Source of the DNA: a virus
Taxonomy: Duplodnaviria; Caudoviricetes
DNA: 57,401 bases
Virus record (IMG/VR): IMGVR_UViG_3300035704_000010
Location: 1 to 57,401 of that record
Reading direction: 5' to 3' (one strand)
Shown: positions 46,422 to 54,212 of the stretch, in pieces
How the letters are laid out: the number at the start of each line of letters is the position of its first letter
Position numbering within the stretch: the stretch's first letter is position 1
Translations under genes and position numbers: made by a program
The notes under the pieces: generated by a model
What the model saw: only the letters and a program-made list of their open reading frames with translations
Database searches by the model: none
Told to the model about the DNA's origin: nothing

Positions 46422-47197
46422 CCGGTCGCTCCGGGCATGTTCTCGAATCGCCATACGTGCGCGATGTGCGCAGCCTCGTCGGCCGTCGCGTAATAGCCGA
46501 GGAAGTGATGCTTGCCGCCGAGGAACACTTGGGCTTTCCATGGGCGCTCCGCCAAATGCCCGTAGTAATAAACGTTTCTGAGCTTGGTCGTGCTGCGACG
46601 ACTGACGCGAGTAAGGTTTTGCGAGTTTAGACTCTCGTTTGCGATCCGGAGATTTGAGCGTCGATTGTCGTGTTTAACGCCGTTAATGTGGTCGACGAGC
46701 TCGCATTGTTTCGGCTGGAGGATAATGCGGTGGAGGCTAAGCCGCTTTCCGGTAACCGGTTCGCGCCGGAACACATATCCACGATCGCCGACGCGCCAGA
46801 TGAATTCCCTGAGTAGCCAGCTATCCTGTTCGTCGACAAGGATGCCGCGCTCCAGGTTCTCCTGATAAAGGTTGCGCGCTCCGCCTTGTCGGCTTGTCAG
46901 ACCCGGCTTAGGCGGAGCGCTATCCCGACCGCGCGATGCGCTTACTGCTTCTCGTAGCACCGACAAGGAGCGTGGCGGGAATAAGGGGAGCGCCTCGCCG
47001 TCAACATGAGGGACTGACGGCGAGACGCGTTCCGTCGGCGGGACGGAATTCAGAAGCCGGCCACGGACAGTGCGGAGGCTTAGGTCTCCGCGTGAAGCGA
47101 GCCGCATCGCGACCATTGCGGTCGACCGGCAGATCACGCTTCCTGGCGCCGCGGCTGTTGTAGACCACGGCGCGGCCGGCGAGTAGGAGAGCATCAT
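46418..47197 (-). CDS. HNH endonuclease with AP2-like domain (true start probably near 46845)
   Basis: LHRIIL...VDHINGVKHDNRRSNLR...LGYYATADEAA; the first ~110 codons look non-coding. Confidence 0.8.
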   Translation of the reverse strand: MMLSYSPAAPWSTTAAAPGSVICRSTAMVAMRLASRGDLSLRTVRGRLLNSVPPTERVSPSVPHVDGEALPLFPPRSLSVLREAVSASRGRDSAPPKPGLTSRQGGARNLYQENLERGILVDEQDSWLLREFIWRVGDRGYVFRREPVTGKRLSLHRIILQPKQCELVDHINGVKHDNRRSNLRIANESLNSQNLTRVSRRSTTKLRNVYYYGHLAERPWKAQVFLGGKHHFLGYYATADEAAHIAHVWRFENMPGATG

Positions 47198-47685
47198 GGG
47201 CGCGCAGCCGCCATGTCGGCGCGGAAACGGCGCCCGATAACTGCGGGGTACGCGCCTCCCTCAAACGTCGCTTGATAGTAAGTCTCGAGAAGCGACCATA
47301 GCGCTTCTTCGCCGTCGTCGGTGAAAACGTCGAAGGCGTCGGCTGCGTTTAGTCCGGAGCCGTCGTAGTAGCACTTCCCGCCATCGACATACCCGCATTC
47401 GCGTTGCGGCTGGCCTTCATATTGTGGTGCAAGCGCATGATATCCGAGGTCCGCCGGCTGAGGCGAAACGTTGTCGTTACGCCGAATGCCATCAGTACAG
47501 TGTAGACCGCCGTGCCGCGCTTCGAATCGATCTCCTGACGTAAGCCAGTTCGTGTAAAGGACGAACTGAACGGCTCCAGCCGCGCCCTTCAACACGAAGC
47601 GGACCTCCATCCCGTGGCGGCCGTAGCCCTCGGAAATCTTGTTATATGCGGGCGCCCATTCAGTGAGACGAGTGAACGGCGTCAT
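47194..47685 (-). CDS. Hypothetical phage protein
   Basis: 163 aa, ATGA-coupled; DLGYHA...CYYDGSGLNA. Confidence 0.7.
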   Translation of the reverse strand: MTPFTRLTEWAPAYNKISEGYGRHGMEVRFVLKGAAGAVQFVLYTNWLTSGDRFEARHGGLHCTDGIRRNDNVSPQPADLGYHALAPQYEGQPQRECGYVDGGKCYYDGSGLNAADAFDVFTDDGEEALWSLLETYYQATFEGGAYPAVIGRRFRADMAAARP

Positions 47686-47762
47686 ACGTCGTCACACTGC
47701 CCAAGCAGATGCATCCACACGACGACCATCAGCACGAGAATCGTGCCTGCGGCGTAGATCAT
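47682..47762 (-). CDS. 26-aa single-TM microprotein
   Basis: ATGA overlaps at both ends; MIYAAGTILVLMVVVWMHLLG. Confidence 0.5.
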   Translation of the reverse strand: MIYAAGTILVLMVVVWMHLLGQCDDV

Positions 47763-47884
47763 TCCAACGGGCTCCGCGTTAGCGTGACGTCGATCGCCAT
47801 GAAGACGACCAAGACGGTGAACACGACGGCCATGAAGAACGCGATTGGTTCCGTAGCCGCAAAATTTTGAATGGCGTCGATCAT
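47759..47884 (-). CDS. 41-aa single-TM microprotein
   Basis: ATGA overlaps; IAFFMAVVFTVLVVFMAI. Confidence 0.55.
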   Translation of the reverse strand: MIDAIQNFAATEPIAFFMAVVFTVLVVFMAIDVTLTRSPLE

Positions 47885-48276
47885 TCGGGGATCCCCGCGA
47901 GACGCCGATTCACCGTTTGAATCTGCCGCATCGCGTCCTCGATAGGCATGCCTACCGTCTGCGCAAGGTGCCGCGCGTCGAATAGTAGCGCGTCGAGCGC
48001 AGCACAGTGCGGGCACAACCCTTGCTCGGCACACGCCGGGTGTACGAGGCAGTCAGTGCAATCGCTGCACGGGACCAGCTGATCAGACGGAACGGCGACG
48101 CTCTTGGTGCCGTCGTAGCTGCCGTCGCCGGTATCTTCTTCCCATACGCCGCACTCGGCGCAGCGGTGGCCCGGGATCGCGCCGATATAGTCCGGCGCAT
48201 CGAGATCGTCCTCGCCCGAAACTTTGACGGCGGCTTGAATCTCGGCGTCGGTGGGCTTGAGTAGCGTTGTGTTCAT
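47881..48276 (-). CDS. Cys-rich zinc-binding protein
   Basis: ATG 48276 (ATGA); CAEC, CSDC, HPAC, CPHC. Confidence 0.6.
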   Translation of the reverse strand: MNTTLLKPTDAEIQAAVKVSGEDDLDAPDYIGAIPGHRCAECGVWEEDTGDGSYDGTKSVAVPSDQLVPCSDCTDCLVHPACAEQGLCPHCAALDALLFDARHLAQTVGMPIEDAMRQIQTVNRRLAGIPE

Positions 48277-48434
48277 AGCGTCTCCAGCCGCAGCATGATC
48301 TCGCGGCGAATCTCGTCTTTGAAGGGAATCTTGACGAGCGCCGACGTGACGTCGTCGAGCGCGCGTCGGCGTCCGTAGGAGAACGCGACGTCGAAAGTGA
48401 TCGCCAGCAGGACGACGATGAGCAGATAGTTCAT
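48273..48434 (-). CDS. Small single-TM protein
   Basis: ATGA overlaps; MNYLLIVVLLAITFDVAFSYG. Confidence 0.55.
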   Translation of the reverse strand: MNYLLIVVLLAITFDVAFSYGRRRALDDVTSALVKIPFKDEIRREIMLRLETL

Positions 48435-48610
48435 CGCGTCGCTGGCTCCGTGTGCTCGGCGCGCCGCGCGCGCTCGTTCTCGAGTTCGTACTTGCAGTAA
48501 CGCTGCAGCTGGTTTTGCTCTTGCCGGCGGCGCTCAAGGCGGCGCCCCGCCGATAGACCCGCGGCAAACGTCAGCCACGAAACGAAGGCGACTACGACGA
48601 CGGTCATCAT
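48431..48610 (-). CDS. Small single-TM protein
   Basis: ATGA overlaps; MMTVVVVAFVSWLTFAAGL. Confidence 0.55.
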   Translation of the reverse strand: MMTVVVVAFVSWLTFAAGLSAGRRLERRRQEQNQLQRYCKYELENERARRAEHTEPATR

Positions 48611-48729
48611 GACGCGCGCTCCGCGACTTCGGCCAGCTTGCGCCGGCGCAGCTTACTGAGCAGCGCCAAAAGCTCCATCGCCGCCGGCGACGCCTTGACG
48701 ATCAGCGGCTTGCGGGTAGTCGCGGTCAC
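48607..48729 (-). CDS. 40-aa hypothetical protein
   Basis: GTGA/ATGA coupling. Confidence 0.45.
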   Translation of the reverse strand: MTATTRKPLIVKASPAAMELLALLSKLRRRKLAEVAERAS

Positions 48730-48908
48730 TTGACGCTCTGCCCATCCAAATGATTGAACGCACTCTTTAATGACTCACGGACAATGCGCTCAAGATGGGG
48801 CTCTAAGGACTCGCAGCGAGTGACGCGAACGCTGATCGTGACGGGGACTTTGCGCTCGATGCGATTGGCGAGCGCGCGCAACCACCGCGCGATGGAGGTT
48901 TTGATCAT
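48726..48908 (-). CDS. 60-aa hypothetical protein
   Basis: ATGA-coupled to the Cas7-like gene. Confidence 0.55.
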   Translation of the reverse strand: MIKTSIARWLRALANRIERKVPVTISVRVTRCESLEPHLERIVRESLKSAFNHLDGQSVK

Positions 48909-49525
48909 TCCGAAACCTCGAACGCGACAATATCGAACCGGCCGTAGGTTGGCCTGAAATCGCAGAGACCCACGAGGCGGCCGGCGCTCTGAATCAGCGA
49001 GCGCAGGAGTGCACCGTCGATATATTCCGGAGTCGTAACAGTTAAATCAAACGCGATACGCCAACCAGCGCGCATCGCGGGCCGCTCTCGCGTAATCCCC
49101 GCTCGCTGCACCGTGACTCGGCGGCGATCGATGAAGTCCCACTCGTCTGTACCTGGGAGAAACGGCGCGACGTCGGCCGAAGGGACGATCCCCGCTTTTG
49201 CAAGGTCTCGTGCGCATTTTCTAGGCGAGCGCGGGTCTTGAACGTACTTCGCCGCCTCAGTTATCGCCGAATGAAAGTTTACGGTCGGAATGCCGAGGCG
49301 GCGGTCCGTCTCGCTTACGCGATAGACGTAACTTTCGATATCGTCGGATTTCTTGGCCTTGGAATTCTTTGCGGCTTTCGCTTTTTCGGCTACGCTATCG
49401 ACGTTCCACGAATGGAACAGCAGCGGAGCCGTGCCTTCGATGACGATGCGCGCCGTGTAGGGCTTTAGGAATTCGATCTGATCTATTGCGCCGTTCGAGG
49501 CGCCATTCAACGCGGCAGTTTTCAT
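48905..49525 (-). CDS. Stand-alone Cas7/RAMP-like protein (putative RNA-guided effector, Vipr-like)
   Basis: 206 aa; N-terminal strand IVIEGTAPLLFH, IP...FHSAI..AA helix, C-terminal Gly-rich loop AGRLVGLCDFRPTYGRF; preceded by GGY-NN arrays. Confidence 0.7.
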   Translation of the reverse strand: MKTAALNGASNGAIDQIEFLKPYTARIVIEGTAPLLFHSWNVDSVAEKAKAAKNSKAKKSDDIESYVYRVSETDRRLGIPTVNFHSAITEAAKYVQDPRSPRKCARDLAKAGIVPSADVAPFLPGTDEWDFIDRRRVTVQRAGITRERPAMRAGWRIAFDLTVTTPEYIDGALLRSLIQSAGRLVGLCDFRPTYGRFDIVAFEVSE

Positions 49526-49536
49526 GCGTTGAACCC

Positions 49537-49601
49537 TCGCCGTGCCATGCCCCGCCCCGCCTGGCCTGGGCTTGCCACGCCATACCCCGCCTCGGCAGGC
49601 C
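49537..49601 (-). repeat. GGY-NN pentamer array 2 (13 units), candidate guide RNA
   Basis: GGCCT GCCGA GGCGG GGTAT GGCGT GGCAA GCCCA GGCCA GGCGG GGCGG GGCAT GGCAC GGCGA. Confidence 0.85.
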
Positions 49602-49620
49602 GCGCATAAAATACTTTTCC

Positions 49621-49680
49621 ATGCCATGCCTCGCCGCGCCGAGCCTGACCTCGCCCAGCCTTAGCTCGCCACGCCGCGGC
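49621..49680 (-). repeat. GGY-NN pentamer array 1 (12 units), candidate guide RNA
   Basis: GCCGC GGCGT GGCGA GCTAA GGCTG GGCGA GGTCA GGCTC GGCGC GGCGA GGCAT GGCAT. Confidence 0.85.
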
Positions 49681-49694
49681 ACAATTGATGCTCG

Positions 49695-50102
49695 TCATGA
49701 TCCGCACTCTCGCATCGCCAACTCGCAGTCGAAGATGCCGGCGATGCGGCGCTCCTCTGGAATCGCGCAATTGCGGAGGCGATCGGCGCGCTCGCGCAAG
49801 TGGGCCACGACGTCAGCGAGGTGCTTGTTGCAGGCCCACAGCACGCGATTGTCCGCGTCGGTAAGCGTCCGCATCGCGCGCATCCGGGAGATCGTCATGG
49901 CTTGAAGGGAGCCGGCGCGCTGAATCTCGAGCAGGCCATCGGACATCGCCTTGGCGTCGTCGCTCTCGGCCACGAGGGCGTCAAACGCGGCCTCGAATCC
50001 GAGAATCTTTAGGTCGGTGGGCCGGTGCGACGGGTTCGGAAGATGGCGAACGCCTGAGCGCTTCGGTCGCGCAGTCGCGCGTGGTGTTAGGGTGGCGGAC
50101 AT
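49695..50102 (-). CDS. Hypothetical protein (CII position)
   Basis: 135 aa directly after cro. Confidence 0.6.
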   Translation of the reverse strand: MSATLTPRATARPKRSGVRHLPNPSHRPTDLKILGFEAAFDALVAESDDAKAMSDGLLEIQRAGSLQAMTISRMRAMRTLTDADNRVLWACNKHLADVVAHLRERADRLRNCAIPEERRIAGIFDCELAMRECGS

Positions 50103-50106
50103 GCGT

Positions 50107-50310
50107 TTAAGCGACCGCTTTGCCGTCGACGAGATCGGCGAATCCCGGCAGTTCTTGCCGGAGAGTCTGATAGTCAGACGCGCCCATCTCCGCTGCGCCT
50201 TTGAGCCATGCCCGAGCGCTGGCTTCAGACTTACCGACGGTGGCCGCGATCTTCGTGGGCGACCATCCTGCGCGCTCGGCAGCTATGGCAAGGGCTTCGT
50301 CAATCTCCAT
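50107..50310 (-). CDS. cro: Cro-like HTH protein
   Basis: 67 aa; SPTKIAATVGKSEASARAWLKG; divergent from the repressor. Confidence 0.75.
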   Translation of the reverse strand: MEIDEALAIAAERAGWSPTKIAATVGKSEASARAWLKGAAEMGASDYQTLRQELPGFADLVDGKAVA

Positions 50311-50381
50311 GCCGGTATAGTAGCATACTGTCGCGCCATCCGCAATACCATACTGTGAGAGATTCTGCTTACCATGCTGCT
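50311..50381. promoter_or_regulatory. Divergent promoters with three operator-like sites
   Basis: TA(G/C)CAT(A/G)CTG(T/C) at 50321, 50346 and 50370; TACTAT-6nt-ATG (cro) and TACCAT-6nt-ATG (cI). Confidence 0.7.
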
Positions 50382-50897
50382 ATGGGCCCAGACACCGATG
50401 ACAGCACATTCGCCGGTCGATTGAGACGCAAGAGGCTCGAACACAACCTTACCCCGGGTCAGCTTGCGACCGCCGTTGGCGTCACGGAAGGCGCCATCCG
50501 CCAAATGGAGTCAGGGCAAACCAAAAGCGCGAGCTTCCCCGTTGGCGTCGCGCTGGCTTTGATGCTTAATTGCAGCTCGCATTGGCTCGCGACCGGGCGT
50601 CCAAAGCCGTGGGCCGCATCGCTCCCGCGTGACCCAAATATCACCCGTCTCCTAAGAAGCGGATCGGTTGGCGAGGCTATGCCGCTGGTGGCTTACGAGG
50701 GCGGAGGGGAACCTGCTTGGCCGACGAGATCCGAGTTTCAAAGTCTTCGAAACGCCGTTCTGGCTCTAGGTCACAAGCTTGGTATTGCGGCTGAGCTTGA
50801 GGGTCTACTGCTTCAAGAAATTCGGGCGACCGAAGCCACGCCGCCAGGGAAAGCCACGCGGTCTCCGCGCGAGTCCGGGAATCGAAAAGCTCGATGA
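50382..50897 (+). CDS. cI: CI-like XRE-family repressor
   Basis: RLRRKRLEHNLTPGQLATAVGVTEGAIRQMESG...WLATG; no S24 peptidase domain evident. Confidence 0.85.
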   Translation: MGPDTDDSTFAGRLRRKRLEHNLTPGQLATAVGVTEGAIRQMESGQTKSASFPVGVALALMLNCSSHWLATGRPKPWAASLPRDPNITRLLRSGSVGEAMPLVAYEGGGEPAWPTRSEFQSLRNAVLALGHKLGIAAELEGLLLQEIRATEATPPGKATRSPRESGNRKAR

Positions 50898-51065
50898 CTT
50901 TATCGTCCATTTTACCTCATAGTGCCCGCGGGCGCCCCTTCTGGTGGAGACGACGGCGGCGACCGGGGCTAGGTCGCCGAAATCGAGTGATAGTCCAAAC
51001 AGCCTATGCCTAGCGAGTGACACCAGGGTGGCCTTAAGCCAACCGCTCGTTCGCTATTTTTTGGA

Positions 51066-51479
51066 GTGTGGAAAATGTGGATAACGAGGATGCTTACAGC
51101 CGCGGCGCTTTTGGCGTTGGCGGCCTGTGCGACGGAATCAGGTCTCGCTCCGGTGCGCTCGCCGTCGATGGCGACCCAAAAGCGTGTTTTGATACTGAGA
51201 ATCGAGCCCACGAAGATGGTTTTTAAGTCGCCGCGTTCGAAGTCGCTCTATCTAATCGCCAATAATTATCTTCCTAACGGCCAGTTCTCCGAAGACTGCT
51301 CGACGCTCGGAGTTGCGACGATCGTGTACGCTGGCTCCCAGGGAACGCGCGGCGAGGGAACGCGTGGCGTATTCCAGGTTACGCCGCGAGGCAAGGGGCA
51401 ATGTAAGGCCCTTTTCTGGCTTACCGTTCCGCCCTACACAAAACGGAATCTAACCGTTTTCGTAAAGCACCCAAAGTGA
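51066..51479 (+). CDS. Putative lipoprotein (lysogenic conversion)
   Basis: AAALLALAA-C lipobox. Confidence 0.65.
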   Translation: MWKMWITRMLTAAALLALAACATESGLAPVRSPSMATQKRVLILRIEPTKMVFKSPRSKSLYLIANNYLPNGQFSEDCSTLGVATIVYAGSQGTRGEGTRGVFQVTPRGKGQCKALFWLTVPPYTKRNLTVFVKHPK

Positions 51480-51546
51480 TGGGTTCGGTCGCTTTGCGCT
51501 CGCTTGCCGTATAGTGGAGGCATGATCACACATAGGAAGCGGTTCC

Positions 51547-52266
51547 GTGCAACAGCCGAGTAATCCAAATAGCGGCTGTGGGCGAACCTTTGCCATCGGG
51601 GGCGGAGGATTCATCGCCGTCCTGCTTGTTCTCGGGATGATCTCTTCGTGCGCTCAATATGTTAGCCACGAGGGAGCGTACTCGAAGTCAATAGCCAAGG
51701 ATTCCAAAGGCTTCGACAAAAAGGCCGTCGCCAGCATTTCTCGAGCCGAAACAATCGTCGGTGGCTTCTCGGACGCCGATCGCGCCTTCTACCGGCGCGG
51801 AATCCAGCACATATTAAACGTTCATCGCAAGCCAGGCTCGTACACGATCGGGGAGGTCGTATGGGATGAACAGAGCCGCGAGCATGCGGGAGCGTACGGC
51901 CCAAGCGCCGCGGCCGTTAATTATTGCGACAGAGCCGACACCTACGAACGCCAGGCGGTGGCGGACGATACCGCCGGTGAGCGCCGAAGCGCCTATAACA
52001 ACGCCGTTTCAGGCCTTAAGGCAAACGACCAGTGCACTGACGAGAGCGAACACCTCGTCAACGAGGGGTATCTTCTCTCGCTGAAGGGACTGGCAGAGCA
52101 TTACCTATCGGAAGGCGACTCCAGAACCGATCTCAATCAGGCGAATATGCTGCTGGTGCAATGCCAGACGAAGCCGGGCTTGTACGGGACGAGTGAAGGC
52201 GCCGGATGCGAAACGCAAGAGCAAAATAACATCCACGCGCAAACGACGTGGGATATCTATCAGTAG
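51547..52266 (+). CDS. Membrane-anchored protein (possible superinfection exclusion)
   Basis: N-terminal TM segment and helical Cys-containing C-terminal domain; in the lysogeny cassette. Confidence 0.6.
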   Translation: MQQPSNPNSGCGRTFAIGGGGFIAVLLVLGMISSCAQYVSHEGAYSKSIAKDSKGFDKKAVASISRAETIVGGFSDADRAFYRRGIQHILNVHRKPGSYTIGEVVWDEQSREHAGAYGPSAAAVNYCDRADTYERQAVADDTAGERRSAYNNAVSGLKANDQCTDESEHLVNEGYLLSLKGLAEHYLSEGDSRTDLNQANMLLVQCQTKPGLYGTSEGAGCETQEQNNIHAQTTWDIYQ

Positions 52267-52611
52267 GTGCCCGACGACGAGAAGCGCCGCGTCCTGCTTT
52301 CCGCTGCGTACTCGCCGCGGGGGATGGCCGAATATCTGGCGTACCGCGACGATCTCGACGAGCGCGTACGCAAGGGTTGGCTAAACGAAACGGAAGCGCA
52401 CATACTCAGCTCGATTCGAATGCAGGGAATCATCCTCGAAGGTGGCGGCGACCAGGCGATTCGGCGCCCCAAGTGCGAGAAGTGCGGCGAGTTGGCGGCG
52501 ATCATTGGCCGCGCCGCTCAAACGTTCCGCTGCCCGTGCTCGCCGGATCTCGAGCAATCGATCACCGATAGGGTGCGAGCGGCAAAGGACGAAGCCTCCC
52601 GGCCATCGTGA
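52267..52611 (+). CDS. Small zinc-ribbon protein coupled to the integrase
   Basis: CEKCG...FRCPCSP; GTGA overlap with the integrase. Confidence 0.65.
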   Translation: MPDDEKRRVLLSAAYSPRGMAEYLAYRDDLDERVRKGWLNETEAHILSSIRMQGIILEGGGDQAIRRPKCEKCGELAAIIGRAAQTFRCPCSPDLEQSITDRVRAAKDEASRPS

Positions 52612-54116
52612 ACGGAACCGCCTGGGGATACTACGCCGTCAGCTCGAGCCCGCAGGAAGCGACCTTGGCCGATCAGGAGGCGTGGGCTAAGGACGTCGCG
52701 CGCGCGCGCGGCTGGGAGATTACGCGCTCTTTCAGCGGCACGGCGTCGGGCCGGCTGGGCGTTCGAACGATCCTCGAGCAGCTGATCGCCGAACTGACGG
52801 CTATCCCAAAAACGCAACGCCCCGATCGCATCCTGCTGATCCGCCTCGATCGCACCGGCCGCGTCGCGCTCGAGACGATCGCCGCGCTGGCCCGAATCAA
52901 GAAGCTGGGGGTCATTCTGCACACGCGGACCGACGGCGACGTGAAACTCGAGACGGCGCTCGATACGCTGCGCCCGATCTTCGAGCTGGTATCGGCCGAG
53001 ATCGAGAATTCCGGCCGCAGCGACAAGATGCGCGCGGTGCACGCGCGGTGGCGGGAAGCCGGCAAACACCTCGGGCCGCCACCCTACGGCACCGAAAAGG
53101 ACGCCGAGCGTCGGCTGATCGCCAAAGAGCCGCAGGCGAGCTTCGTGCGCCGCGCGTTCGAAATGCGCGCCACCGGTGCCGGGTTCAAGCGGATCGCACG
53201 CGACGTCGGCCGGTTCGCGCCGCCGCAGGGCACGTACGCCGGCCGGCCGCACGCGTCGGCCTGGCACCCGAATACCGTCGACAAGCTGCTATCATGCCGC
53301 AGCTATCGCGGCCTGGTCGTCGACGCGGATCTATGGGACCTCGTGCAGACGGTCCACAATCCGGACTTCCGGACGCTGCGCGCGAGCCGTGTCTATCCGT
53401 GGCCGCTCAGCGGCGTCCTGCACTGCTGGTGCGGGTGGACAATGGGCGGTGTCGCGTCGGGCAAGGAAGGGCGGCGCGTCCGATACTACAGCTGCCGGCA
53501 TCCGCGATATCACGGCGACGACGCCCGGCCCAGCATCCGCGCCGATCGTGCCGAGGGTTGGTTCGTCGACGGCGTGCGCCGGCTGGCCGGCGACCCCCAG
53601 GTTTTGCGCGACTATCGTGCGAGCGCGGCGCGCGCGACCATGGGCGTTCAACGTGAAACGCTCGCCGCGGCGCGCGCCGAGCTGGCCGACGTCGATCAAA
53701 AGCGCCAGGCCGCCTGGAACCTGCAATCGGACGGCCGGATCGCCGCCGCCGAGCTGGCGCTTCGACTCGACGAACTGCAGCGCCGGCGGAGCGAACTTCT
53801 CGCGCGCATCGTCGACGCCGAGCGCGAAGTGGCCGTGGCCGCCGCACACGACGTGATCGCGGACGACGCCGAGACCCTGTTCGCTGCGGCCGCGGATCTT
53901 TGGGCGACGTCAACGTGGGAGGAGCAGAAAGAATTGAGCCGGCTGGTCGCGCTGGCCGCGGGCGGCATCTCGATGGCACCTGACGGCGAATTGCGCTTTG
54001 GCGCCGACGATCCGCAAGGGCTGCCGTTAGGCGAGACTTCTTCGACAAGGCGGGTGGTCTATCGGCCGCTGGTACTTGGGGCGGGCGGCGTGATCGAAAG
54101 CAGCCTGCGGCCTTAA
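52608..54116 (+). CDS. int: Large serine recombinase (integrase)
   Basis: YYAVSS...Q, SG, RLDRTGR, GPPPYG, recombinase domain, LSGVLHC.CG..M, YYSC zinc ribbon, coiled coil. Confidence 0.9.
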   Translation: MNGTAWGYYAVSSSPQEATLADQEAWAKDVARARGWEITRSFSGTASGRLGVRTILEQLIAELTAIPKTQRPDRILLIRLDRTGRVALETIAALARIKKLGVILHTRTDGDVKLETALDTLRPIFELVSAEIENSGRSDKMRAVHARWREAGKHLGPPPYGTEKDAERRLIAKEPQASFVRRAFEMRATGAGFKRIARDVGRFAPPQGTYAGRPHASAWHPNTVDKLLSCRSYRGLVVDADLWDLVQTVHNPDFRTLRASRVYPWPLSGVLHCWCGWTMGGVASGKEGRRVRYYSCRHPRYHGDDARPSIRADRAEGWFVDGVRRLAGDPQVLRDYRASAARATMGVQRETLAAARAELADVDQKRQAAWNLQSDGRIAAAELALRLDELQRRRSELLARIVDAEREVAVAAAHDVIADDAETLFAAAADLWATSTWEEQKELSRLVALAAGGISMAPDGELRFGADDPQGLPLGETSSTRRVVYRPLVLGAGGVIESSLRP

Positions 54117-54212
54117 AACGTCGCTGCGGCTTCCTTATAGGACGCGGCGCCCGGCTGGAATTGAACGAGGACCGCCTTGCGACGATCCTCGTGGTAGCCC
54201 TTCGCTTAGGGC

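Noticed and set aside
49526-49627. 34-aa N-terminal extension of the Cas7-like ORF and other ORFs crossing the pentamer arrays
   Set aside because: The translations (RGGVWRGKPRPGGAGHG, RLGEVRLGAARHG) are by-products of the 5-nt periodicity; ATG 49525 gives a clean domain start.
49537-49680. Canonical CRISPR array or simple microsatellite
   Set aside because: There are no 23-47 bp repeats with spacers. The hypervariable dinucleotide within a fixed GGY frame also does not fit slippage-generated repeats.
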